Assembly: GCA_964487665.1 (NCBI GenBank)
Contig: CAZARR010000004.1
Location: forward strand, 816 to 64,815
DNA from: an uncultured Pseudomonadales bacterium
GTDB lineage: Bacteria > Patescibacteriota > Microgenomatia > UBA1400 > MFAQ01
Direction: 5' to 3'
Length of the DNA stretch: 64,000 nucleotides
Shown here: positions 18,803 to 28,587 of the stretch, in pieces
How the letters are laid out: each line of letters starts with the position of its first letter
Numbering within the stretch: position 1 is the stretch's first letter
Notes under the pieces: model-generated
Databases searched by the model: none
The model's input: the letters and a program-made list of their open reading frames with translations, nothing else
Told to the model about the DNA's origin: nothing
Translations under genes and position numbers: made by a program

Positions 18803-20257
18803 TTATTTAATTCTGCTGCCGATTATTAGATCAATTTGACCAAAGCTGATTCTTTTTTGTGGTTTGGCTCTGAAAGTCTCAATATTAATTAACTTTTTTT
18901 GATATTCGATAGGCACCCTAGACGTCTCAACAATAAGAAAATCGATGTCTTCATTACCGTCCGAGAGTTGATGAAATTCTCCACCTGGCATACCTGTTTG
19001 ATCGTTTCCATGCCAATCGGGGACGAATCCATATCGACTTTTACCATACCAGTCAAATAGATAGGCCCAGGTGGTGTTGGTAAAAAGTGGAGCGGTGACT
19101 GAGTTGTAGGATAATTTTCCATGGTGCGAATATACAGAATCAATAATACTTAGCTCGTCCCCAAGTATCATGCCTGTCTCGGATCCGGTAAAGGTGGAGT
19201 TGGATTCGACACCTCTGGCTACATAGGGAAGGTTTCTCACAAGTGAGAATATAATAACGACGATGCCCAACAGCGGTATAGTCTTTACTGTCGAGGCTAT
19301 AAGTATAAGTATCGGCAGTACGATACCGATAGTAAAAAAAATCGGTCCGGGAGATGCATAAATAAATAATGGCAAAGTCGTCAGCGAAAAAAACAACAAA
19401 AATGAACTCGTTTTTCGGTCTGTTCGTTTGTACAAGAAGAATACTATCGTCCCCAATAATATGAGGCTTAACCAACTAGGAAAGTGAAAAATATTCCTTT
19501 CAAGTAGCCCTACGTAACTACCAGCGATTCGATTGAGGATTTCAATAATGGCAACCGATTGGTGAGTCGAAAATTCGAGAAATCGACTAAAGCCTCTAAA
19601 ACTGAACTTTAATTCCGAGACAATGTAAGGGCTAATGACGATAAGGTAAGTTGCCGCAAAGCGAAAAATTGCTTTTAAACCAGTCTTTTTTAGAAATAGA
19701 TATATCAACGCCAAAGGGAAGAGCGAAAGTAAAAAGAATTCAGCCTGAGCGGCCAAACCCAAGCCGATTGCCGCCAAAAGTATAGATTTTGTTCTGGGCA
19801 TAAACCAGAGGCCCAACAAACCAACTGAAATGGTTGGTATAACCAAAGAGACATTGGAGATAAACCGTCCATAAAAGATCATTTCGGGGGAAACCGCGAA
19901 TAAGAGGACAAAAAACCAGGTAACTAATTTTGAGTTAAATAACTTGTTAACCAGAATCGAAAGAGGTACTAGGGAGATCAAATTGATAACCGTAAAACAA
20001 ATAACAGCAAAACGGGGATCGCGGCTAAAGAAATATATTATTGATAAAACGTAATAATAAAATGGCCCGTGGAATACTACCTGTAAGTCGGTGGGGGGGC
20101 CGATAATTTTCAGATTTCCATGAATTATTTCTTGGGCTGAAAAAGCGTCACGCGCCTGGTCATAACTAAAGGAGATATTATCGATTTTATTCAGGCGGAA
20201 AAATAAACCAAGAAATATTGGTATTAGCCAGAGAGCAACTAGATATCCTCGGCGCAT
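18803..20257 (-). CDS. Polytopic membrane protein, family B (ArnT-like DE/DQ-RD motif)
   Basis: The motif SFSYDQARDAFSAQEIIHGNLKIIGPPTDLQVVFHGPFYYYVL plus the C-terminal domain TTWAYLFDWYGKSRYGFVPDW are shared with three other ORFs; 484 aa. Confidence 0.5.
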   Translation of the reverse strand: MRRGYLVALWLIPIFLGLFFRLNKIDNISFSYDQARDAFSAQEIIHGNLKIIGPPTDLQVVFHGPFYYYVLSIIYFFSRDPRFAVICFTVINLISLVPLSILVNKLFNSKLVTWFFVLLFAVSPEMIFYGRFISNVSLVIPTISVGLLGLWFMPRTKSILLAAIGLGLAAQAEFFLLSLFPLALIYLFLKKTGLKAIFRFAATYLIVISPYIVSELKFSFRGFSRFLEFSTHQSVAIIEILNRIAGSYVGLLERNIFHFPSWLSLILLGTIVFFLYKRTDRKTSSFLLFFSLTTLPLFIYASPGPIFFTIGIVLPILILIASTVKTIPLLGIVVIIFSLVRNLPYVARGVESNSTFTGSETGMILGDELSIIDSVYSHHGKLSYNSVTAPLFTNTTWAYLFDWYGKSRYGFVPDWHGNDQTGMPGGEFHQLSDGNEDIDFLIVETSRVPIEYQKKLINIETFRAKPQKRISFGQIDLIIGSRIK

Positions 20258-20284
20258 ATTTAGATCGAATTGTAATGTGTTTTT

Positions 20285-21853
20285 TTGCTAATATATAGAG
20301 CAGTGGACAAACGAACCTGGCAATTGTTGAAAATTATATTTATTTTTGCGTTATTGGTTCGCTTTGCTTGGTTTAAAAATTCAACCTATTTTGGTTTTGA
20401 TGAAGCTAGGGATGCATACGTTTCTCAGGCTATTTATAGAAATTTAGATTTGAAGCTTATGGGGCCGCCAGCAAATGCGCCCGGATTAAACCATGGTGTT
20501 TTGCACTGGTATGTTTTGGGCATTGTTTATCTCGTTGGCGGAGGTAATCCTTATTTCGTATCTTTTGTTTTTAGACTGGTAAATGCATTGGGGGTATTTG
20601 TGGTGTTTTTTATAACAAATAAAATGTTTGGGAAAAGGGTTGGTTTGTTAGTGTCTTTATTGTTTGCCTTCTCATTTGAACAAACACAGTACGCTTTGTA
20701 TATGGGGAACCCAAGTTTAGCAATATTTTCATGGATGGCGATATTTTCCGGTTTTTCGATAATATTGAAAGAAAAACACAAATTCTGGGGTTTGCCCTTG
20801 GTTGCCTTGGGTGTCTCAACCGGAGTACAATTGGAATTGTTTTTGGTAACTTTGATAGGCCTAGCAATGGTTGGTGCGATTGTGCTACGAAGAAAGATGG
20901 GTAAGATATCCATTCAATCCTGGGTTTTGTCGATTTTTTTAGGCATGATAGTGGTGTCGCCTTATGTAATTTCGGAACTTAAGTATCGATTCAATGGATT
21001 TAAATCTGCCCTAAATTTGGTTACCCATGGTTATAACGTAATCGGAGATAGTGAAACAAAATGGTCTGTGTATTTAAAACGATTTATATTAATGTTTCAC
21101 GATAATGTTTTTCCAACCTCTAATATCTTATTGAAGGTTGTCGCCTTGCTGATAATTGGATTTTTGGTAGTCAAGGCTATAAACAATAGGGCATATCGTT
21201 TGGTGTTGCTGTGGATATTCGGTGGGTTGTTTTTGCTTTTGTTTGGAGCATATAACGCTTATTACGTAAACGTGGGAATTGGTACCGGAATTATTATTGG
21301 TGTAGCTTTATTCCTCAACTGGATTTTTGGCAAATCAAAGTTGGTTTTCATTCTCTGCTTGGGGTTAATTTTGGCGGGAAATATAAAGCAAATTGTTCAA
21401 AATAATCGAGTCGGATTAATTGGTGATATAAAAACCCAACAATTTATGCTTTTGTCAGATGAGTTGAGGGTGGTGGAGAAAATGTATACCATTGCCGATG
21501 GGAAAGCTTTTACAATAAGAGCTACCAGTATGCCATATTTAATACCGACCGTGTGGGCTTATCTGTTTGAACATTTCGGGCTAAGTAGGTATGGTTATCT
21601 CCCCTATTGGGAAACGGGTTCAATCCTTGGTTTCCCCGGTGAATTACCCCAACCAAAAAATGGATCCACATGCCTCAGATTTTTATTACAAGAACCTTCG
21701 GGCGGTATTCCAGACCATTTGTATCAACTAGATTTAAAGGAAGAGAATAAGTTTTCTACAATAGAAGCCCAAGAGAAAATTGGGCACTTTGTAATCCAGC
21801 AAAGGCAGTCGGTTGATGCTACTTGCCATAACCATAAGCCATCTGATCGGTAA
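20285..21853 (+). CDS. Polytopic membrane protein, family B paralog
   Basis: FGFDEARDAYVSQAIYRNLDLKLMGPPANAPGLNHGVLHWYVL and PTVWAYLFEHFGLSRYGYLPYWETG. The track start at 20285 is TTG, so the true start is uncertain. Confidence 0.5.
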   Translation: MLIYRAVDKRTWQLLKIIFIFALLVRFAWFKNSTYFGFDEARDAYVSQAIYRNLDLKLMGPPANAPGLNHGVLHWYVLGIVYLVGGGNPYFVSFVFRLVNALGVFVVFFITNKMFGKRVGLLVSLLFAFSFEQTQYALYMGNPSLAIFSWMAIFSGFSIILKEKHKFWGLPLVALGVSTGVQLELFLVTLIGLAMVGAIVLRRKMGKISIQSWVLSIFLGMIVVSPYVISELKYRFNGFKSALNLVTHGYNVIGDSETKWSVYLKRFILMFHDNVFPTSNILLKVVALLIIGFLVVKAINNRAYRLVLLWIFGGLFLLLFGAYNAYYVNVGIGTGIIIGVALFLNWIFGKSKLVFILCLGLILAGNIKQIVQNNRVGLIGDIKTQQFMLLSDELRVVEKMYTIADGKAFTIRATSMPYLIPTVWAYLFEHFGLSRYGYLPYWETGSILGFPGELPQPKNGSTCLRFLLQEPSGGIPDHLYQLDLKEENKFSTIEAQEKIGHFVIQQRQSVDATCHNHKPSDR

Positions 21854-23144
21854 TTGATTTCTTCTGACCCTTAGGGTGAACAATCGATGGAGAGGTAATG
21901 AGAAAAACTAGGCAACCCACAATACCGGCTCGGGCTAATGAGATAAGAGTAACAAAAATCGGGTGTAGTTTAATTGCACTAGAGATTGTTAGCGTCGAGT
22001 TAATAAATAACTGAGTATTGAGAGACTCATCAAAAGAAAAAAGGACAAGCAGCCAGCATATTGTGATTAAGCCAACAGACATATATTCTGAAGTTAGGAT
22101 TGCTCTGATTAGGAATAGTGGTATTACCCAGACCATCCATTGGGGATGGAAATGGGTGAAGGCCAAACTAGCAAGAAGAATGCTGATTGTTGCATCTAGG
22201 ACGGTAATTTTTCGGGACCAATATAACAGTAGGACAATGGTGTAAAGAATAAAAAATAACGGAATATCGTGACCAGAGGCTATAGAAATGCTCGCGTAGG
22301 TACTTTTGGACAACTGCTCAGCGAATAAGGCGTAGTGCCGGTAGGAGCCCGACTGTACGTACGGGGAAACACCGATTAAATATGTGATAAATCCTATCAC
22401 ACAGGTCGACACCAATAGACTTAACTTGTTTTTGTAATGGAAATGATATATTGCCACCACTGGCAATAGGATCAGACCTATTGGTTTGAATAATGCTGAT
22501 AGAGCGATAAGTGCTGCGGAAAGATAAACATGCTTTTTTTGAAGATAATAGTAAGAGGTCAGAAGCAATAGAGCGATTATTATATCAACCTGACCCATCA
22601 TGGAGCTAACAAAAATTGCCAGTGGATTGTATGCCCACAGAATTGTGGCAATGGTCTGGTGCCTGGCTGCGATGAAAAATTTAGGCAAGAGGTAAAGGAT
22701 GGCTACATCTGCCAAAATCATTGGGAGTTTGTAGATTAGTAAAATAAAACGAATTGAAATAGGCTGGTGAGAAATCCATTGCTTGTTAAGTAATAACTCG
22801 CCCGTTTGGTCAATTATTCCCTTGAATGGCAGATAGACTGTTGAGGGAATCAAATAAGCTAATGGCTGATAATTAAAAACCATATCATCTCGGTGGACAA
22901 CCAGCATACCAGTTGAGTTTTTTGAAGCAATGGAGTCGTAAAAACTTAACCATTTTCCTTCCCCTGTAATATATTTACCGGCTAAAGCAAAAGCCCCAAT
23001 ATCTGTGTGGTATGTATTAATTGCCAAAACTAATCTTAAGAAAATTGCTGTTATGAGTAGAACGATTCTTAGATATTTTATTTCCGTAATAATTTGGGTA
23101 ATATTTGAAAAGATTGTCTGTTTATTGAAGTTAATTTTTGCCAT
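21819..23144 (-). CDS. Polytopic membrane protein, unknown (DUF2029/GT87-like?)
   Basis: About 441 aa with 10+ TM helices. The track start at 23159 overlaps the upstream GT2 by 82 nt, so the second ATG at 23144 is used here. Confidence 0.4.
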   Translation of the reverse strand: MAKINFNKQTIFSNITQIITEIKYLRIVLLITAIFLRLVLAINTYHTDIGAFALAGKYITGEGKWLSFYDSIASKNSTGMLVVHRDDMVFNYQPLAYLIPSTVYLPFKGIIDQTGELLLNKQWISHQPISIRFILLIYKLPMILADVAILYLLPKFFIAARHQTIATILWAYNPLAIFVSSMMGQVDIIIALLLLTSYYYLQKKHVYLSAALIALSALFKPIGLILLPVVAIYHFHYKNKLSLLVSTCVIGFITYLIGVSPYVQSGSYRHYALFAEQLSKSTYASISIASGHDIPLFFILYTIVLLLYWSRKITVLDATISILLASLAFTHFHPQWMVWVIPLFLIRAILTSEYMSVGLITICWLLVLFSFDESLNTQLFINSTLTISSAIKLHPIFVTLISLARAGIVGCLVFLITSPSIVHPKGQKKSITDQMAYGYGK

Positions 23145-23911
23145 TTTTGCCCCAACCATAAGGTTAAATTTAACAAATATGAGTAAGTTTTACCATGGTA
23201 GATTTGGGCTGACCGCGCCAAGGGACTATCCAAATGGCAGGTGAATGAGCCACTGGCTCCGTGGGTATGTTTGATTTTTGCCAGATGATAATAGACGACA
23301 GGCAAATTATGTTTCTTTAGTCGGCGACAATATTCGATGTCCTCATAGTAGAGAAAGAATCGTTCGTCTAAAAAACCAACTTTGTCAATTACCGATCTAG
23401 GGATTAGTAGAGCGGCCATGACAGCGACATCTACATTCGTTATTTTTTTCCCAGGAAAATACTTACCAAAAGATTCCCTTTGGTCTAGAAAATACGCTTT
23501 AAATGCATTTGTTATGGTGGGGAATTTAAAAACTGACGCCTGAACAGACCCATCTTCATTAATTAGTTCGGGGGCGACAGCCCCAATTTTATTATCGCGG
23601 CTATACTCGATTAATTTGGTTAGGGCATTACCGATTATTTGAGTGTCGGGGTTAAGAAGAAGTATAAATTTCCCAGATGAATTTCGGATCCCAATATTTG
23701 TGGCTTTGGCATAGCCAATGTTCTGATCGTTTTCAATTAGTTTCGGCTTAGTTTTGTGATGCTTGGCTATCGATGGAGTTTTGTCGGGGTAATTGTTAAC
23801 GATAATTATTTCAATCTTTAAATGGTCTTTGTGTCGATCTATCGAGTCTAGGAGACGTTTAATCTTATCTTCGGATCGGTAGGTAACACAGATGATTGAG
23901 AGATCGATCAT
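23078..23911 (-). CDS. Glycosyltransferase family 2
   Basis: MIDLSIICVTYRSEDKIKRLLDSI...IIIVNNYPDK...LLLNPDTQI gives GT2 motifs; 277 aa. Confidence 0.75.
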   Translation of the reverse strand: MIDLSIICVTYRSEDKIKRLLDSIDRHKDHLKIEIIIVNNYPDKTPSIAKHHKTKPKLIENDQNIGYAKATNIGIRNSSGKFILLLNPDTQIIGNALTKLIEYSRDNKIGAVAPELINEDGSVQASVFKFPTITNAFKAYFLDQRESFGKYFPGKKITNVDVAVMAALLIPRSVIDKVGFLDERFFLYYEDIEYCRRLKKHNLPVVYYHLAKIKHTHGASGSFTCHLDSPLARSAQIYHGKTYSYLLNLTLWLGQKWQKLTSINRQSFQILPKLLRK

Positions 23912-24780
23912 AAGATCGGTTTATTCACTTTGGCAAAGACCTGGTCGTCGCTGATGACTTGGGGTGTCGTGAGAGAAATTTTCCGGATTTTTGGAATAGC
24001 TGCGAGCAATATTTTTATATATCCGGGGTGTTTTGCAAATCTAAGTATAGAGTAACAAAGAAAATTAAGCCGGTAACTCAACTGGGTGAAATTTTTCCAA
24101 TTGAAAACGAACTCGTTAACTTCCTTCAGTGTGGCGACAAAATTTGCATTGAGATTTTTGAAAGTCGACTCGTGTTGGTGGAGTACCTTTGGTTCAGGGG
24201 CCCAGATAATTTTGTATCCAGATTTCCAAGCTCGCCAGCCCAGGTCAATGTCTTCCCAATAACCCGGGGAATAGATCGGGTCGAAACCGCCTAGATGGTC
24301 CCAGATAGCCTTTTTGAAAATTGCACTTCCTCCTGAAGCCCACGCAGTATAAAACGACTGCGATTTGTCTAGAGCTCTTCGATATTGTAGTTTTCCGAAG
24401 TGAAAATCTACAAAAGGCCAGGAAGAATCCTTTTCGTTAAAGGACACGGCGAAAACCTTCGGATCTGAAAAATAACTGAGTGAATATTTGAGAAAATTTT
24501 CTTTGGGTGAAACATCATTATTAAGAAGGACGACGTATTTGGCCGTGGAACTTGAAACAGCTAAGTTTACAGACTTGACGAAACCTAAGTTGGTGGAGTT
24601 TATTATCAACCTAATCTTCGGATAGTGATGCTGAAGAAATTCAACAGTGTCGTCATTACCCCCATCGACAACAATTGTGGTGGAAAAACCTGATTCTGCG
24701 AGAAATAGTTCCGGTAGATGTTGTTCTAGTAGTTTTTTGCCATTGTAACTGGGAATGATTACTTCAACCTCAGAATCCAT
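23908..24780 (-). CDS. Glycosyltransferase family 2
   Basis: VEVIIPSYNGKKLLEQHL...TIVVDGGNDDTVEFL...VLLNNDV. Its stop overlaps the start of 23078..23911. Confidence 0.75.
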   Translation of the reverse strand: MDSEVEVIIPSYNGKKLLEQHLPELFLAESGFSTTIVVDGGNDDTVEFLQHHYPKIRLIINSTNLGFVKSVNLAVSSSTAKYVVLLNNDVSPKENFLKYSLSYFSDPKVFAVSFNEKDSSWPFVDFHFGKLQYRRALDKSQSFYTAWASGGSAIFKKAIWDHLGGFDPIYSPGYWEDIDLGWRAWKSGYKIIWAPEPKVLHQHESTFKNLNANFVATLKEVNEFVFNWKNFTQLSYRLNFLCYSILRFAKHPGYIKILLAAIPKIRKISLTTPQVISDDQVFAKVNKPIL

Positions 24781-24782
24781 TT

Positions 24783-27098
24783 GTGGTATACAGTATATCA
24801 GTGAAGAAATTGTTTAGGTTGTGGCCATTCTTTCTTCTGATTTTGTTGGCGATAGTCTATTACTGGAAGGTATTTTTTAAGGGATACGTGCCGTTTCCGG
24901 GTGATTTGCTAGTAGGTGCCTATTTACCCTGGCTCGAGAGTAAATGGGGGTATCCGACGGGGGTACCGGTACAAAGTGGCCCATCGATATCTGATGTTTA
25001 CTCTCAATTCTTTATTTGGAAAAGTTTGATTGCCCAAAGTATCTTAAATTGGCAATGGCCACTATGGAATCCATATTCATATTCGGGTTATCCGCTACTG
25101 GCAACTTTTCATAGTGCGGCTTTGTATCCCTTAAATTTGTTAATGGTATTTTTTGGTGATGTATCCGGTTGGACGGCGATGGTTATCGCACAAACGATCG
25201 GTAGTTCAATAACTTTTTATCTCTTGGCCAGGCAATTAAAGATTAGTAAATTATCATCAGTAATTTCCGCCACGGCGTATGCTTTTGGGGGTTTTTTGTG
25301 TTCTTGGTCCCAGTTTATGACCGCGGGCAATGCAATGATTTGGGCACCTCTTTTGTTGATGGTAATAAATCGTTTTAGTCTTGGTGGGAAATTTCAGACA
25401 CTCTATCCGATACCATTATTACTATTTTTATTAGTTACGTCTGGCCACTTTCAGCTTTTGGTCTATGTCTGTCTGATGATGATTACTTATTTTTTTTGGT
25501 GTTTTCGTTGTAATTTTTCGCCTTCGAAACTAATAATTTTTTTATCTTTTTGTGGATTGGGTACGGCATTGTGCGCTGTTCAGCTGATTCCCACTTTTGA
25601 GCTTTCTCATATGGTGGTGAGGTATCAGGAGGCAGCTGTTGGTAGTAGAGATTTTGGCTTGGCACCGTGGTGGAACTTGATTACCCTTTTGGCTCCGGAT
25701 TATTTTGGTAATCCGGCAACAGGTAATTTTTGGGGCTTTTTTATGTATCACGAAACAATTTTTTACATGGGCATATCTAGTGTCATTGCATTTGTCTGGG
25801 GAATAATGAACTTCAGACACCTGGGTGAGGGTAAGTATTTTTTGGTGGTATCGATCGTTGGATTATTGTTTGGTTTTAATACCGTTTTCGGACAAGCAGT
25901 CTATCGTTATCATCTACCGTGGATTTCTACAAGTGATGCCGGTAGGGTTGCGTTTCTGTTTCTGTTTGGAACAGCGATTGTACTGGGGTTCTTTGTTGAC
26001 TCAATCCCGAAAATCCGATTAAAACAAATCATTTCTATTTGTTTACTATTTATTGGTTTGACTATACTACTATGGCTGACTACGTATTTTTCCAATTATT
26101 TAATGGAAATGAATAAGGACTCCAATCTGGTCTTGGAAGTTCGAAGAAGAGTCGCACTAAGGAATTTAATTCTGCCAACAGTACTGTTAACCGTTAATTG
26201 CATTCTTTTGTTTTTGAGCAAATATCGCCCGAGGGCTGCTCTGTGGGGTATTTTGTTAGTTCTTAGTCTTGATCTGTTTAGGTTTGGGTGGAAGTACATT
26301 GCTATGGTTCCCCCACACATAGTATTTCCAGAAACACCAGTTTTAGAATTTTTGGAAAGGAAAGGGGAGGGGGAAGTTTTTCGGGTTGAAAGGGAAAGAG
26401 GAGAAATTTTACCTCCGAACACCTGGGCTTATTATCGCTTGATGAGTCCGTCGGGGTATGATCCAATGGCGTACATTAATTATGTGAATGAGTACCAGAA
26501 ACAGATAAATGGAAGTAACGATGGTAATGTTTCTCGATACTCTAACTTAGACCGCTACGACGCAAGTGCTTTGGGGATTTTTAATGTCAAGTATTTAATG
26601 GTTGTTAAACGAGATAAGATAGGTAGAATTTCTGGTGACAAGATTAATGACAAGATAAACTTATTGGAATGGAAAAAAGTATTTGAAACAGGTTCAACTG
26701 CGATACTAGAAAATCTGTTTTATCAACCAAGGGCAAGATTCATAACTTCTACCGGAGAATGGTACAAAACGTCAAATGCAAAGATAACCCTATATACACC
26801 CAATAACATTGAGCTTGAATACACAAGTAAGGGTGGAGAGTTGATGCTTTCTGACACTTGGTATCCCGGATGGAGGGCATATTCGGGGGGAAGAGAAATT
26901 CCGATAAACAGGTGCCAGGGAATATTTAGGTGCGTGAAGGTAGAACAGGGAAATGGTTTAATCCAATTTGTTTATAGACCGAGAAGTTTCATTGTTGGAG
27001 CACTAATTAGTTTGGCTAGCGGATTCGTATACTTAGGGGTTATTTTGTTTACTGGCATGGGATTCTTTTTTCCACCACGGTTTCCCAGGGTAAAGTGA
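24783..27098 (+). CDS. YfhO-like large membrane protein (GT-C superfamily)
   Basis: 771 aa. An N-terminal TM bundle with GDLLVGAYLPW...W.P.SYSGYPLLATFHSAALYPLNLL resembles the YfhO N-region, and there is a large C-terminal extracytoplasmic domain ending in one TM. The track start is GTG at 24783, and a GTG at 24801 (VKKLFRLW) is equally plausible. Confidence 0.5.
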   Translation: MVYSISVKKLFRLWPFFLLILLAIVYYWKVFFKGYVPFPGDLLVGAYLPWLESKWGYPTGVPVQSGPSISDVYSQFFIWKSLIAQSILNWQWPLWNPYSYSGYPLLATFHSAALYPLNLLMVFFGDVSGWTAMVIAQTIGSSITFYLLARQLKISKLSSVISATAYAFGGFLCSWSQFMTAGNAMIWAPLLLMVINRFSLGGKFQTLYPIPLLLFLLVTSGHFQLLVYVCLMMITYFFWCFRCNFSPSKLIIFLSFCGLGTALCAVQLIPTFELSHMVVRYQEAAVGSRDFGLAPWWNLITLLAPDYFGNPATGNFWGFFMYHETIFYMGISSVIAFVWGIMNFRHLGEGKYFLVVSIVGLLFGFNTVFGQAVYRYHLPWISTSDAGRVAFLFLFGTAIVLGFFVDSIPKIRLKQIISICLLFIGLTILLWLTTYFSNYLMEMNKDSNLVLEVRRRVALRNLILPTVLLTVNCILLFLSKYRPRAALWGILLVLSLDLFRFGWKYIAMVPPHIVFPETPVLEFLERKGEGEVFRVERERGEILPPNTWAYYRLMSPSGYDPMAYINYVNEYQKQINGSNDGNVSRYSNLDRYDASALGIFNVKYLMVVKRDKIGRISGDKINDKINLLEWKKVFETGSTAILENLFYQPRARFITSTGEWYKTSNAKITLYTPNNIELEYTSKGGELMLSDTWYPGWRAYSGGREIPINRCQGIFRCVKVEQGNGLIQFVYRPRSFIVGALISLASGFVYLGVILFTGMGFFFPPRFPRVK

Positions 27099-28587
27099 TC
27101 GATTCCGCCACACATAAACTGGAAAAATGAGCCAACCAATTTGCTCTTCTTTGCGGTTGCTCATCTCTCTCAATAATCAGAAAGGTTGCTGATTGTGGGG
27201 TGATGGGGCGTTTTTTTGTCCAAAACCGGTCGTGGTCCTTGATATATTCAGGCTGGTTGGGGAGGTAAGAAATATTCGCTGGTTGATATTGATATTCTTT
27301 TGTACCATACCACCAAAAGACATATTGATATGGGTAATCGTAAACAGAAGGGAGGTAGTTGTAAACCGAAAAAGCTTGGTTGTTTGCATGTTGATATACC
27401 CAATCAATGGCGGTGATCTCGTTTCGAAGGTTACTTGGGTCGTTTGATTTTAGCCGGACTATTTGTCTGTATCTATCTAACTGGAAAATAGCTGTAAAAA
27501 AGAGGGTTGTTACGATGATTAACACGCCTATGAATTTCCCGGCATGTTTACTAATAAGTAAGTCTGAAATGGCTAGGCTGGGAATATTTATCAGTGTTAT
27601 TCCGAGGCCAAGTAAATACCATCCTTTTACTGGCAACGGGAAAATAAGGTAGAAAACAAAAGCAAAAATAATCAATCCAAGATTCAAATAATAGTTTTTC
27701 TTTATTGGATCGATTAATCTATTGGATCTTAATAATAAATAGATAATTGAGAACACCATTAAGATAAGGGCAAACTGCCTGGGCGAGCTGTTGGCTTTGG
27801 TAGCTAAATCTACTATTTGATTCCATCTTTGTTCAAGACGGTGTGTGAATATCAACTTTTGACCGAGCATCCCCCCTCCGGAAATCTCACGTAGGAAAAG
27901 ATTGGTCATTATAAAGCCATGTCGAAACTCAAAAATGATTTGGGGAGATAAAGTAATTAAAAACCCAAAAATTAAAGCGAAAATAGTTTTTAATTTTCGC
28001 GATTGAAAAAGAATAACAAAACTCAAAAACGGGAAAAATAATACGCCAAAGGCAGCTTCAATTTGAAGACAAAGCCCACTAAGCACAGCAAGAGCGAACC
28101 ACTTGAATGTACTTGGTGACAGAAGCGTGTGTAGTAACAGGGTTAAGTATAAAAAAGTAAACATGGGCATGGCATTGGCATTCCAAAAATAGTGGTTCAC
28201 ATTGAAACCAAGAGGGGCAAGTAAATAAAATGTACTTGTGGCGTATGCGAATGTTGGATTTATTTTTTTAAATAGAATTACAAATATGATCGCAAATACT
28301 TGATACCAAAAAATCTGCCATAGCATTACCCATCCAGGATCTCCGCTTGATAGTAAAAATGGAGGTAGATTAAAGTAATACCAAAAAGGACCCAAGAAGA
28401 GACCGTTGATGCTGGTGGTTGGTCCAATTAATCTTGGAGCATGAGTGACATATATGTGTCGGATGTCAATTAGGTCTCTCCCCTGGTCCATGGTAAAGGG
28501 AAAATTGTAGTTGCGTACAGCCAAGAACCGAAATAAGGTCGATATTAGCAGAGCCAATAAAAACAATACCAGACCGGCCTTTTTCAT
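27049..28587 (-). CDS. Polytopic membrane protein, family B paralog
   Basis: FPFTMDQGRDLIDIRHIYVTHAPRLIGPTTSINGLFLGPFWYYF and the C-terminal LPSVYDYPYQYVFWWYGTKEYQYQP; 512 aa. Confidence 0.5.
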   Translation of the reverse strand: MKKAGLVLFLLALLISTLFRFLAVRNYNFPFTMDQGRDLIDIRHIYVTHAPRLIGPTTSINGLFLGPFWYYFNLPPFLLSSGDPGWVMLWQIFWYQVFAIIFVILFKKINPTFAYATSTFYLLAPLGFNVNHYFWNANAMPMFTFLYLTLLLHTLLSPSTFKWFALAVLSGLCLQIEAAFGVLFFPFLSFVILFQSRKLKTIFALIFGFLITLSPQIIFEFRHGFIMTNLFLREISGGGMLGQKLIFTHRLEQRWNQIVDLATKANSSPRQFALILMVFSIIYLLLRSNRLIDPIKKNYYLNLGLIIFAFVFYLIFPLPVKGWYLLGLGITLINIPSLAISDLLISKHAGKFIGVLIIVTTLFFTAIFQLDRYRQIVRLKSNDPSNLRNEITAIDWVYQHANNQAFSVYNYLPSVYDYPYQYVFWWYGTKEYQYQPANISYLPNQPEYIKDHDRFWTKKRPITPQSATFLIIERDEQPQRRANWLAHFSSLCVAESITLPWETVVEKRIPCQ

